A stretch of 64,000 nucleotides of DNA, from positions 1 through 64,000 of the forward strand of contig JBGAGQ010000009.1 in NCBI GenBank assembly GCA_044226625.1, given 5' to 3'. Shown piece after piece: positions 30,396-38,756 of the stretch (position 1 is its first letter; each line of letters opens with the position of its first letter). Origin of the DNA: Thermoanaerobaculia bacterium (GTDB lineage: Bacteria; Acidobacteriota; Thermoanaerobaculia; Multivoradales; UBA5704). The notes below the pieces were generated by a model, which ran no database searches, was not told the origin of the DNA, and was given only the letters and a program-made list of their open reading frames with translations. The translations under genes were made by a program, and so were the position numbers.

Positions 30396-31484
30396 TCAGG
30401 CGTTCAGGAAGGCATCGAGCGCGGCGCGCGTGATGCGATAGGCGCTGCCGATCTTCTTCGCCTTCAAATCGCCCGCTTCGATGGTCGCGATCACGTCCGC
30501 CTCGGTGACGCCGAGCGCTTTCGCCGCGTCCGCCGGGGTGAGCAGCTCCGGAATACCCGCCGCCGCGGGTGCGCCGGTCGCTCCGCCGCCAGCCGCCGCA
30601 CCAGGCATCGCGACACCCGGAGTCGCCGTCCCGAGAGCGCCGCCCTGCTGCTGCATGATCTGCTGCGCCATCGCGAGCCCCACGGCGAGCTCCGTCGCGG
30701 CGCCGCCGGCTCCCCCGCCCTGCGCCATGCCCTGGGCCATCTGGAACTTCACGTAGTCGTTCAGGTTGCCGACCGCGCCCATGCTGGAGCGCTTGTCGAT
30801 CGCGGCTTCCACTTCCGGCGGCACCGAGGCGTTCTCGAGCACGAAGCTCGCCATCTCGATCCCGTACTTGGCGGCGAGCAGCGGATTGATCAGCGGAAGC
30901 AGCGCCTCGCCCAGATCCTGGTAACGGGTCGCGAGGTCGAGCACCGGAATCTTCGCGGTCGCGAGGGCGTCCGAGAACACGCTCACCAGCCGCGAGCGCA
31001 TTACGTCGGCAAACTCCTCGAGCCGGAAGTTCTGGTCCGAGCCCGCGACCTCCTTCAAGAAGAGCTTCGGCTCGACGATCCGGAAGTCGTACGTGCCGAA
31101 AGCCCGCACCCGCACGATGCCGAAATCCGCGTCGCGCATCATGATCGGGTTCGACGTGCCCCACTTGTTGCCGGTGAACAGCCGCGTCGTCACGTAATAG
31201 ACGTCGGCCTTGAACGGCGACTGGAAGGCGTACTTCCACGACTTCAAGCTGGTCAAGATCGGGATGTTGTCCGTCGTGAGCGTGTGCTTGCCCGGCCCGA
31301 ACAGGTCGCCGAACTCGCCCAGATAGACGAACTGCACCACCTGCGACTCGCGCACGATCAGCTGCGCGCCGTTCTTGATCTCCTTGTCCTCGTCCGGATA
31401 GCGAAACGACAGAGTGTCCCGAGAATCGTCGGTCCACTCGATGACGTCGATGAACTGGCCCTTCAGGAAATCGGTCAGACCCAT
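30396..31484 (-). CDS. SPFH/Band-7 (YdjI-like) protein with C-terminal excisionase-type HTH
   Basis: IDVIEW, IKNGAQLIVRESQ, SPFKADVYY, KWGTSNPI and VRVRAFGTY motifs; C-terminal LLTPADAAKALGV...GDLKAKKIG..YRI. Confidence 0.9.
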   Translation of the reverse strand: MGLTDFLKGQFIDVIEWTDDSRDTLSFRYPDEDKEIKNGAQLIVRESQVVQFVYLGEFGDLFGPGKHTLTTDNIPILTSLKSWKYAFQSPFKADVYYVTTRLFTGNKWGTSNPIMMRDADFGIVRVRAFGTYDFRIVEPKLFLKEVAGSDQNFRLEEFADVMRSRLVSVFSDALATAKIPVLDLATRYQDLGEALLPLINPLLAAKYGIEMASFVLENASVPPEVEAAIDKRSSMGAVGNLNDYVKFQMAQGMAQGGGAGGAATELAVGLAMAQQIMQQQGGALGTATPGVAMPGAAAGGGATGAPAAAGIPELLTPADAAKALGVTEADVIATIEAGDLKAKKIGSAYRITRAALDAFLNA

Positions 31485-31676
31485 GGATGGGCCCTCCTCT
31501 GGTCGGGGTTCGGGGTAGATGAAGCGAGGCGGATTCTATCGCCCGCAGGCAACGGGTCAACGGGATCCCGGGGGGACCGGGACGAGGCCGACATCTCCCC
31601 AAGCGGAAGCTAACGCCGCAGAGAGAGAGCGATCGCGTATCGACCACAACCTCGCCCAGTGTCACCATAGCCCGCC

Positions 31677-32360
31677 ATGCCGAACGACTCCCCCGCCGAT
31701 CCGTCCGACCGCAACGCACTCCTCAAAAGCTACGACACGATCGCGGCGGACTATGCCGAGCACCTGTTCGCCGAGCTGGAGAGGAAACCTCTCGACCGCC
31801 ATCTCCTGAACCGGTTCTCCGAGGAGGTGCGGGGCCGGGGTTTCGTCGGAGATTTCGGCTGCGGCCCGGGCCAGATCGCTCGATACCTTCACGAGCGGGG
31901 CGTCCGGATGCTCGGGATCGATCTCTCGCCGGAGATGATCCGGCAAGCGACCCAGCTCAGCCCGGAGATCGAGTTTCGCGTCGGCGATCTGTTGGCGCTC
32001 GACCTGCCCGACGCGTCGCTCGCAGGAATCGTCGCCTTCTATTCGGTGATCCACTTCGAACCCGAGGACCTCGGCCGCGCATTCGGCGAGATGCGGCGGA
32101 CCTTGGCGCCGGACGGCGTACTGCTGCTCGCATTCCACGTCGGGGCCGAAACGATCCACCTCGACGAGCTGTGGGGACGGTCGGTCTCGCTCGATTTTCG
32201 ATTCCTGGACCCGAACGAGGTCATCGCGGCGCTCCGGACCGCCGGCTTTGCGGTCACCGAATCGAGCGAACGCGAGCCGTATGAAGGAGCAGAGTACCCG
32301 AGCCGACGCTGCTATCTCTTGGCGCGGCCCGGACATGGTGAGCCGTCGATCCAACCCTGA
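31677..32360 (+). CDS. Class I SAM-dependent methyltransferase
   Basis: DFGCGPG motif I; GIDLSPEMI; FYSVIH; LAPDG. Confidence 0.9.
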   Translation: MPNDSPADPSDRNALLKSYDTIAADYAEHLFAELERKPLDRHLLNRFSEEVRGRGFVGDFGCGPGQIARYLHERGVRMLGIDLSPEMIRQATQLSPEIEFRVGDLLALDLPDASLAGIVAFYSVIHFEPEDLGRAFGEMRRTLAPDGVLLLAFHVGAETIHLDELWGRSVSLDFRFLDPNEVIAALRTAGFAVTESSEREPYEGAEYPSRRCYLLARPGHGEPSIQP

Positions 32361-32399
32361 CAATCTTCCGCTTCAGCCTGAAGAGCGAGAGCGGAGAGA

Positions 32400-32541
32400 A
32401 TCTCCCACGGCTCTTATCGGCTGGTTGCGTGGCTACGTCCACATGACATACACGGAACGCGAAGACGAGATCCACGTGATCTCGCTTCGGGAGGCAACTC
32501 CCCATGAAGCACGATCGTACTTTGAATCCCTTTCCCACTAG
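32400..32541 (+). pseudogene. brnT: BrnT toxin 3' remnant
   Basis: ALIGW...TYTEREDEIHVISLREAT..E...Y is the BrnT C-terminal half; no N-terminal half or start; overlaps a BrnA-like gene. Confidence 0.7.
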
Positions 32542-32823
32542 CTCCGAAGAAATCGAGGCCGCGATCGCAAGGGCTCCGACGCAAGTTGTCGACCCGGACT
32601 GCCCCTATGACCGAATGAGCCCGCTGCAGTCGAAGCCTTCTGGAAGAAGGCTACCGTTCGTCGTCCCGGCCAGCGCGGCCCGGGCTTGAAACCCAAGAAA
32701 GTCCTGCTATCGGTGAGGTACAGCCCCGAGGTCGTTGAGTTCTTCAAGGCCACCGGCGAAGGCTGGCAAACACGAATGGACGAGGCGCTTAAGGAGTGGA
32801 TGGCAGGTCGCAAATCAACCTAA
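32504..32823 (+). pseudogene. brnA: BrnA antitoxin, frameshifted near 32610
   Basis: The ATG frame stops at 32689; the -1 frame from about 32611 gives PNEPAAVEAFW...RGPGLKPKKVLLSVRYSPEVVEFFKATGEGWQTRMDEAL, the BrnA RHH signature, ending TAA 32821-32823. Confidence 0.85.
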
Positions 32824-32880
32824 AAGGGAGGTGGCGTACGGCCGCCCCTTCAACGCAGCACCGTGGGTGGAGAGGCGGTC

Positions 32881-33222
32881 TCAGAGGCCCAGAATGAGCC
32901 TTAGGCCGTTCTCGACCCCCATGAGCAATCGCGAAGGCACCTTCCCAGCAACCTCGGTCAGGAGGCTCTTGTCTACCGCGAGTAGTTGGGAGATGTTCGC
33001 CACCGAGTCGGAGGGAAGACCGGTCATGCTCTTCGGAAGGAAGGTGTTTCCGGGCGCTTCCGCAAGTTCCAACTTCGTCGTGAGCGGCACAGCGAGGACT
33101 GTGCGAAGGCGGCTCGCCGTGAACTCCTCCGCCTGGATGACGATCACCGGCCGGCGATAGCCGGGCTCGGAACCGGAAGGCTCGGGGAGCGAGGCCCACC
33201 AAATCTCACCGCGGCGGATCAC
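32881..33222 (-). CDS. mazF: PemK/MazF family toxin
   Basis: IRRGEIWWA.L....GSEPG.RRPVIVIQ, VPLTT and DSVANISQL motifs; overlaps the antitoxin stop. Confidence 0.95.
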   Translation of the reverse strand: MIRRGEIWWASLPEPSGSEPGYRRPVIVIQAEEFTASRLRTVLAVPLTTKLELAEAPGNTFLPKSMTGLPSDSVANISQLLAVDKSLLTEVAGKVPSRLLMGVENGLRLILGL

Positions 33223-33455
33223 CAAGGGTCTCGCTTGAGAGTCGCGAGCTGCAGAGCTTCCAACACGGGATCCGGGGTCTGGTCGACTCTCTCGTAGACC
33301 TGATTCAGTGCCTCGGTGATTCCCTTCCGCTTCTGTCCATGCAGGAACTCTTGGATGGCTGTCGCATAAAGTTGGCTACGAGAAATGCCTAGCTCTGCCG
33401 CCATTTCCTCGGCGGACTCGAAAAGGGGATCAGGTAGTGAGATGGCAGTCTTCAT
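33219..33455 (-). CDS. ChpI/CopG-type RHH antitoxin
   Basis: MKTAISLPD.LF..AE..A..LGISRSQLY; lies upstream of and overlaps mazF. Confidence 0.9.
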   Translation of the reverse strand: MKTAISLPDPLFESAEEMAAELGISRSQLYATAIQEFLHGQKRKGITEALNQVYERVDQTPDPVLEALQLATLKRDPW

Positions 33456-33461
33456 AGCCTA

Positions 33462-33479
33462 AGTATAACTCGGTCATAC
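33462..33479 (-). promoter_or_regulatory. -10 box (TATACT) overlapped by an inverted repeat, probable antitoxin operator
   Basis: GTATGAC-N3-GTTATAC (one mismatch) on the minus strand; TATACT sits 6 nt before the ATG. Confidence 0.65.
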
Positions 33480-33529
33480 CGCCATGCGCGCCGAGAGCAA
33501 TGCCTCGACGCAGTCCAGTTCCGGCCCTT

Positions 33530-34525
33530 CTAAATCCCCAGCCGGAACCGCCGGCTCCGGAACGCCGGAGAATCCGGGCACAAATCCCCGTCGTCGGAGA
33601 GGACGATCAGCTCGTCGGGGACCGCGGGGTCGAAGAAGATCGCCTCGGGTATGAGGGTACCGAGGTCGATACCGGCGATCGGTTTCGGCTTGTCCTTCGG
33701 CTTGCCCGACCAGCGGAAGAGCTGGAAGGTGCCACCGTCCGCGACCCCTCCTCCACTAATCACGTAGGCTTTCGCGGCCGGCCAGAATTCGAGGCTGCGG
33801 ATTCCCAAGCCTCCGAGGTCGAGCAGGATCGGAGCGCCGAATTTCGGCTTCTTTCCGAACAGCACGTCGCGCGGGTTCTTGAGGGTCGCAATGAGCGCCC
33901 GATTCTGCGGGAGCGGATTGCGGAAGCCGATCAGAAGCTCGCCCTTGGGGGTCGCGGCGAGCCCTTCGAGGTTCAAGCCACCGGACTCGATCGGCTTTCG
34001 CGCCGCAGCTTCCTGAACGTGGAAGGAGGCGTACCGCGAATCTTTGGCGAGATCCTCGATCAACGAGAGGTAGGGCGCTCCGACCGCGGCGAGCGCGTGG
34101 CTTCCGGGGGCCACGGTGACGGCGAACAGTCGGTGGCGGTCGGGGTCTTCCTCACCGCTGTTCTTCCGGCTGTGCGAGCCGACCCAGTAAATCGCGTTGC
34201 CGATCCGCGCGGCTCCTTCGAGGTCCGCTTTCTTCTTGAGGCCGGGCAAGTCGGAGGTCTTGAGGATCTCGGGATCGCCCGGCGAGTCCTTCTTGTAGAT
34301 CCGCAGATCCTTCTGGTCGTCGTCGCCGATGACGAAGAAACCCGGTTCGAGCATCACGACGGCCGAGGGCTCGCAGGTGCCGGGGTATCGGATCTCGATC
34401 TCACCCGGCGGCGCGGGCGCCTGGGCGCGGGCGAGCCCGAACGGGAGCAGGCCGGCCAAAAGGCCGACCATGCCCAGGAGACCCAGGGAACCAGAGGGAA
34501 GGCTCAAGCGGGTTCGAGCGCGCAT
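33530..34525 (-). CDS. Exported DUF3616-like protein
   Basis: Signal peptide ending ARA; CEPSA, DLEGAA, YWVGSHSR, GLNLEGLA, IGFRNP, LDLGGLGIRS and PEA...LSDDG motifs; GGAG RBS before ATG 34525. Confidence 0.8.
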   Translation of the reverse strand: MRARTRLSLPSGSLGLLGMVGLLAGLLPFGLARAQAPAPPGEIEIRYPGTCEPSAVVMLEPGFFVIGDDDQKDLRIYKKDSPGDPEILKTSDLPGLKKKADLEGAARIGNAIYWVGSHSRKNSGEEDPDRHRLFAVTVAPGSHALAAVGAPYLSLIEDLAKDSRYASFHVQEAAARKPIESGGLNLEGLAATPKGELLIGFRNPLPQNRALIATLKNPRDVLFGKKPKFGAPILLDLGGLGIRSLEFWPAAKAYVISGGGVADGGTFQLFRWSGKPKDKPKPIAGIDLGTLIPEAIFFDPAVPDELIVLSDDGDLCPDSPAFRSRRFRLGI

Positions 34526-34671
34526 GTTCGTATCTCCGTCCTGTTTCAAGTTTAGACGGACACCTGAGGAACATACGCGATGTCCGGCGGTCCCGATCCG
34601 TACGCCCTCGGTGCAACGTTTCGGCTACGATGACCGCCTAGAAGCGCAGTAACCTCAATGCGGAGCGGCAC

Positions 34672-35298
34672 TTGAGCGAATCCTCCCTCGATTCCGGCAG
34701 GGATGTTCCCGAAGAGATCACCCAGCTTCTCGAGGTCTGGAAGGGAGGGGACGACCAGGCGCTCGAACGGCTGATTCCGGCCGTCTACCTCGAGCTTCGG
34801 CGGCTCGCCGACCGCCAGTTACAGGGTGAGAAGTCGGGGCACACTCTCCAGCCCACCGCCCTGGTGCACGAGGCATTCATGAAGCTGCGCGGACTGCGCG
34901 ACATCCAGTGGCACGATCGGGCGCATTTCTTCGCCTTTTCCTCGCGGATCATGCGACGCATCCTCGTCGACCACGCGCGCGGCAAGATGGCCGCTAAAAG
35001 AGGGGCCGAATCCCCACATGTGTCGCTGCTCGACGGCGACCTCGGCGGAGGTGCGGTCGAATCGACGCTGTCGGCCGCCGAATTGATCGACCTCGACCGC
35101 TCGCTCGACCGCCTGGCGGCCGAAGAACCGCGCCTCGCCCGCCTGATCGAGGTGCGCTTCTTCGGCGGCCTCACGGTCGAGGAGGCGGCCGAGGTGCTCG
35201 AATGCTCGCCGCGGACGGTGAAACGCGATTGGGCGTTCGCCCGCGCCTGGCTGCTCAAGGACCTCGGAGCGGACGGGTCGGACGCGGCTTCGAAATGA
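34672..35298 (+). CDS. ECF sigma factor of the Ser/Thr-kinase-associated type (TIGR02999-like)
   Basis: ITQLL..W..GD..ALERL.P.VY.ELRRLA, HTLQPTALVHEAF, DRAHFFA, MRRILVDHAR and RTVKRDWAFARAWL motifs; stop overlaps the kinase start. Confidence 0.95.
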   Translation: MSESSLDSGRDVPEEITQLLEVWKGGDDQALERLIPAVYLELRRLADRQLQGEKSGHTLQPTALVHEAFMKLRGLRDIQWHDRAHFFAFSSRIMRRILVDHARGKMAAKRGAESPHVSLLDGDLGGGAVESTLSAAELIDLDRSLDRLAAEEPRLARLIEVRFFGGLTVEEAAEVLECSPRTVKRDWAFARAWLLKDLGADGSDAASK

Positions 35299-38200
35299 CC
35301 GTCGAGGCGCGGTTCGGCAGGCTCCGCGCGGCCTTCGACGTGGTCCTCGACCTGCCCGAGGCCGAGCGGGACGAGGCGATCCGCCAGCTCGCCGGACCCG
35401 ATCTCGCGTTCGAGGCGGAGCTGCGCGAGCTGCTCGCCGCCGCGGAGCGCTCGACCACCCCGCTCGACACCCCGCCGCTCCGCACCTTCCGCGCCGCGGA
35501 GGACCCGCTCGCGATCGAGTCCGCGACCGTCGGGGCGGCGAGCGGAGAGTCGCGCGAGGAGGTCCCGGGCTATCGCCTGCTCCAACCGATCGGGCGCGGC
35601 GGCAGCTCGACCGTCTACCTCGCCGAGCAGCTCGGCCAAGGGTTCACGCGCAAGGTCGCGCTCAAGATCCTGGGCCGCTGGATGGACGCCGCGCTGCTTC
35701 GGCGGTTCCGGGCCGAGCAGCGGATCCTCGCCGGGCTCGAGCACCCGGGCATTGCCCGCCTCTACGACGCGGGGATCACTCCGACTGGGCGCCCCTATCT
35801 CGCGATGGAATGGGTGCGCGGCACGAACCTGCTGGAGCACTGCGCCGCCTCGGGCGCCTCGACGCGCGAGCGGATCGTCCTCTTCGTCGCGGTGCTCGAG
35901 GCGGTCGCGCACGCCCACGCCTCGTCGGTCGTCCATCGCGATCTCAAGCCGGGCAACATCCTGGTCTCCGAGCGGGGCGAGCCGAAGCTGCTCGACTTCG
36001 GCATCGCGCGGCTGCTCGCGGTCGATCGGGAAGGCGCCGAAGGAGAGCCTGGCGACCCGACCGAGACGCGCCACCGCGCGATGACGCCCGCTTACGCAAG
36101 CCCCGAGCAGGTGCGCGGCGATTCGGTCGACCGCGCCTCGGACATCTATTCGCTCGGCATCGTGCTCTACGAGCTGCTGGTCGGCCGGCGTCCCTACCGA
36201 GCCCCGAGCGGGCGGCTGGACGAGCTCGAGCGGGCGATCCGCGAACAGGATCCGGCCCCGACCGGGCTCGGCCTCGATCTGGACGCGATCCTCCAGAAGG
36301 CGATGCGCAAAGAGCCCGAGCTGCGCTATCTCTCGGCGGCCGATTTCGCGGCCGACCTGCTGCGCCATCTCGACGGCCGGCCGGTGCTCGCGCGGCGCGG
36401 CACCTGGCTCTACCGGCTCGGCCGTGAATTCAAGCGACGACGGGGCTTCTGGGCGAACGCGGCGCTCGCGACCGGCGTCGCCGGCGGGCTCGCGCTCTGG
36501 CTGGCCGGAGGGATCCCCGGATCGCGCGGCGCGGCGACCGATCCCAACGCCTCGCCATGGCTCGCGATGCCCGTCGCGAGCGCCGCCGCCGCGAGCTACG
36601 AAGAGGGCCTTCGCCAGCTCTCGCGGCTGGAGCCCACCCGGGCCGCCGCGAGCTTCCGCCGCGCCGTCGCGGCCGATCCCGAGCAGCCGTTGATCCACGC
36701 GGCGCTCGCGACCGCCGAAGGGCGTGCCGGCCGGGACGGTGAGGCCCGAGCCGAAGGGCAGCGTGCGCTCTCGCTGAGCGGCGGCGCGCCGCGCGAAAGC
36801 CGGCTGCTGGTCGAGGCGGTCTCGCTCCGCGCCGCGGGCCAGCGCACCGAAGAGGCGAAGCTACGGCGGGCGCTCTGGCTGCTCCTCCCGAGGAATTTCG
36901 AGGTCGGGTATCTGTTCGCGCAAAGTCTGGCCGAGGGTGGCGCCCAAGAGGAGGCGCTCGAGGTCGCCGCGAAGCTGCGCGCGCTCCCGGAAGGGGGTCG
37001 GGGGGAGGCGGCCGACCTGCGGATCGGTTTGATCGAGCTCGAGGCGCTGAACCTGCTCGGCAGGCCGCAGGAGGTGGCGGACCGCGCCCGGCGCCTCGCC
37101 GACCAGGCGAACCGGCGGGGGCTTCAGGCGATCGCCGCCGCGGCGCGCCTGGAGGAGAGCCAGGCGGGTGACGGGCTCGGCCGGACCGATCTCACGCGCT
37201 CCGCCGCGAACGAGGCGCGCCGGCTTTCGGCCGCGGCCGGCGAGGCGAACGGAGTCGCCCGCGCGGTGATGTACGAGTGCATGGCCCTGTTTCGCGAATC
37301 GCGCCACGAGCAGGTCGAGGCGACGTGCGCCGAGGCGATCCGCCTCTTCGAGCGGATCGGCAGCTCGAGCGGCGTCGCCCGCTCGCTCGGCATCCTCGGC
37401 GCGAGCCGCCAGCGCCAAGGGCTCATCCACGAGGCGCGCGAAACCTTCGCCCAAGCGCTCGACCTCGAAACGAGAAACCACCTGGGGGACCTGCCGAGCC
37501 AGGTGCGCTACCAGCACAACCTCGCGAACCTCGACAGCGACCTCGGCCGGCTGCCCGAGGCGGAAGAGGGCTTTCGCCGCGCGATCTCTACGCTGCGCGA
37601 GATCGGCAACGAGATCGGGTTGGTGCGGGCGCTCGGCGCGCTCTCGGTGGTGCTGATGAAACGCGGCTCGCTCGACGAGGCGAAGACCCTCCTCGGCGAG
37701 GCGGAGCGGCTGGAGCGGACGATCGGCTCTCCCCGCGAGCTCGGTTACACCCAGTGGCTCTGCGGCGACCTCGCGAACCTGCGCGGGGAGACCGCGGAAG
37801 CCGAGGCCTGGTACGCGCGGGCCGCGACCCATTTCGCGGGCATCCAGGAGGCGGACCTGGTCGCCCGGTTCCAGACCTCCCGAAAGCAGCTCGCGGAGCC
37901 TTCCCCCCGCCTCTGCCGCGACCTCGAACGCTCCGCGGACGAGCTGTCGCGGCTCGGCGATCGCAGCGCCACCGAGCTCGCCGCCGCGATCTCGCGCTGC
38001 TGGAGCGACTCGGGCTCGCCGAAGGAGGCGGCGCGTTGGCTCGATCGCGCCGACGACCAGGCAAATTCGACCGAGCTGCCGGAGGTACGGGTCGATCTCG
38101 AGCTCGCCCGCGCGAGTCTCGCCATGGAAGTGCGGCATTGGGCCGACGCGGAGCGGATCCTCGACCGAGCCGCCGAAGACTGCCGGCGCGGCGCGCTCGG

Positions 38201-38756
38201 CACGCTCCTCCTGGAGATTCGCCTGGAGCAGGCCCGACTCGCGCTCGCCCGCGGCGATCACCCGGAGCGGGTTCGGACGCTCGCCGAAGAGCTGGTCCGC
38301 GACGCCGAGGCGGGGCACTTCGGCAAGATCGCCCGGAAGGCGAAAGAGATCCTCGCCGTACCGCGCTTGGCCCGGTGGGAGCGCCCCCACCTCGATCCTC
38401 CCCCGCAAGCGGGGGAGGACGAAGCCCGTTCGGAGGGTCTACTCTCCGCCCAACGCGCTCGGGCGTCGATTACCCCTCAGCGAAGCGCCCCCCCTTCCGC
38501 GAGCGGAGGAGGTGGCACCTTGCGTCCCTCCCCCCGCTTGCGGGGGGCGGTTAGGAGGGGGGCTGCTGCCACTAGCAGCGCCCTCGCCGCGCCGCAGCGC
38601 CCCTACCTCGATCCTCCCCCGCAAGCGGGGGAGGAGGAAGCCCGTTTGGAGGGTCCACTCTCCGTCCAACGCGCTCGGGAGTCGATTACCCCTCAGCGAA
38701 GCGTCCCTCCCCCCGCGAGCGGGGGGAGGCCAGGAGGGGGGCCGCGATGCTTCTAG
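35295..38756 (+). CDS. Membrane Ser/Thr protein kinase-TPR receptor 1 (C-terminus extended through REP-like repeats)
   Basis: ATGA overlap with the sigma gene; N-terminal helical extension; GRGGSSTVY, VALK, HRDLKPGN, DFG, YASPEQ; TM; TPR-like repeats. Confidence 0.92.
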   Translation: MTVEARFGRLRAAFDVVLDLPEAERDEAIRQLAGPDLAFEAELRELLAAAERSTTPLDTPPLRTFRAAEDPLAIESATVGAASGESREEVPGYRLLQPIGRGGSSTVYLAEQLGQGFTRKVALKILGRWMDAALLRRFRAEQRILAGLEHPGIARLYDAGITPTGRPYLAMEWVRGTNLLEHCAASGASTRERIVLFVAVLEAVAHAHASSVVHRDLKPGNILVSERGEPKLLDFGIARLLAVDREGAEGEPGDPTETRHRAMTPAYASPEQVRGDSVDRASDIYSLGIVLYELLVGRRPYRAPSGRLDELERAIREQDPAPTGLGLDLDAILQKAMRKEPELRYLSAADFAADLLRHLDGRPVLARRGTWLYRLGREFKRRRGFWANAALATGVAGGLALWLAGGIPGSRGAATDPNASPWLAMPVASAAAASYEEGLRQLSRLEPTRAAASFRRAVAADPEQPLIHAALATAEGRAGRDGEARAEGQRALSLSGGAPRESRLLVEAVSLRAAGQRTEEAKLRRALWLLLPRNFEVGYLFAQSLAEGGAQEEALEVAAKLRALPEGGRGEAADLRIGLIELEALNLLGRPQEVADRARRLADQANRRGLQAIAAAARLEESQAGDGLGRTDLTRSAANEARRLSAAAGEANGVARAVMYECMALFRESRHEQVEATCAEAIRLFERIGSSSGVARSLGILGASRQRQGLIHEARETFAQALDLETRNHLGDLPSQVRYQHNLANLDSDLGRLPEAEEGFRRAISTLREIGNEIGLVRALGALSVVLMKRGSLDEAKTLLGEAERLERTIGSPRELGYTQWLCGDLANLRGETAEAEAWYARAATHFAGIQEADLVARFQTSRKQLAEPSPRLCRDLERSADELSRLGDRSATELAAAISRCWSDSGSPKEAARWLDRADDQANSTELPEVRVDLELARASLAMEVRHWADAERILDRAAEDCRRGALGTLLLEIRLEQARLALARGDHPERVRTLAEELVRDAEAGHFGKIARKAKEILAVPRLARWERPHLDPPPQAGEDEARSEGLLSAQRARASITPQRSAPPSASGGGGTLRPSPRLRGAVRRGAAATSSALAAPQRPYLDPPPQAGEEEARLEGPLSVQRARESITPQRSVPPPASGGRPGGGPRCF
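38385..38742. repeat. Two tandem composite REP-like palindromic elements (216-bp period)
   Basis: CCTCCCCCGCAAGCGGGGGAGG hairpins at 38397 and 38613, each followed by a conserved spacer and a related inverted hairpin (about 38526 and 38705). Confidence 0.9.

Noticed and set aside
30396-31484. Prophage evidence from 'virion core protein'-like SPFH and excisionase-like HTH
   Set aside because: This family is cellular, and no phage structural, integrase or replication genes are nearby.
32600-32620. Programmed ribosomal frameshift in brnA
   Set aside because: No slippery heptamer is visible; single-base loss or sequencing error is simpler.
38385-38742. Possible CRISPR array
   Set aside because: Only two long units with conserved rather than unique spacers, and no cas genes; fits REP-like elements.
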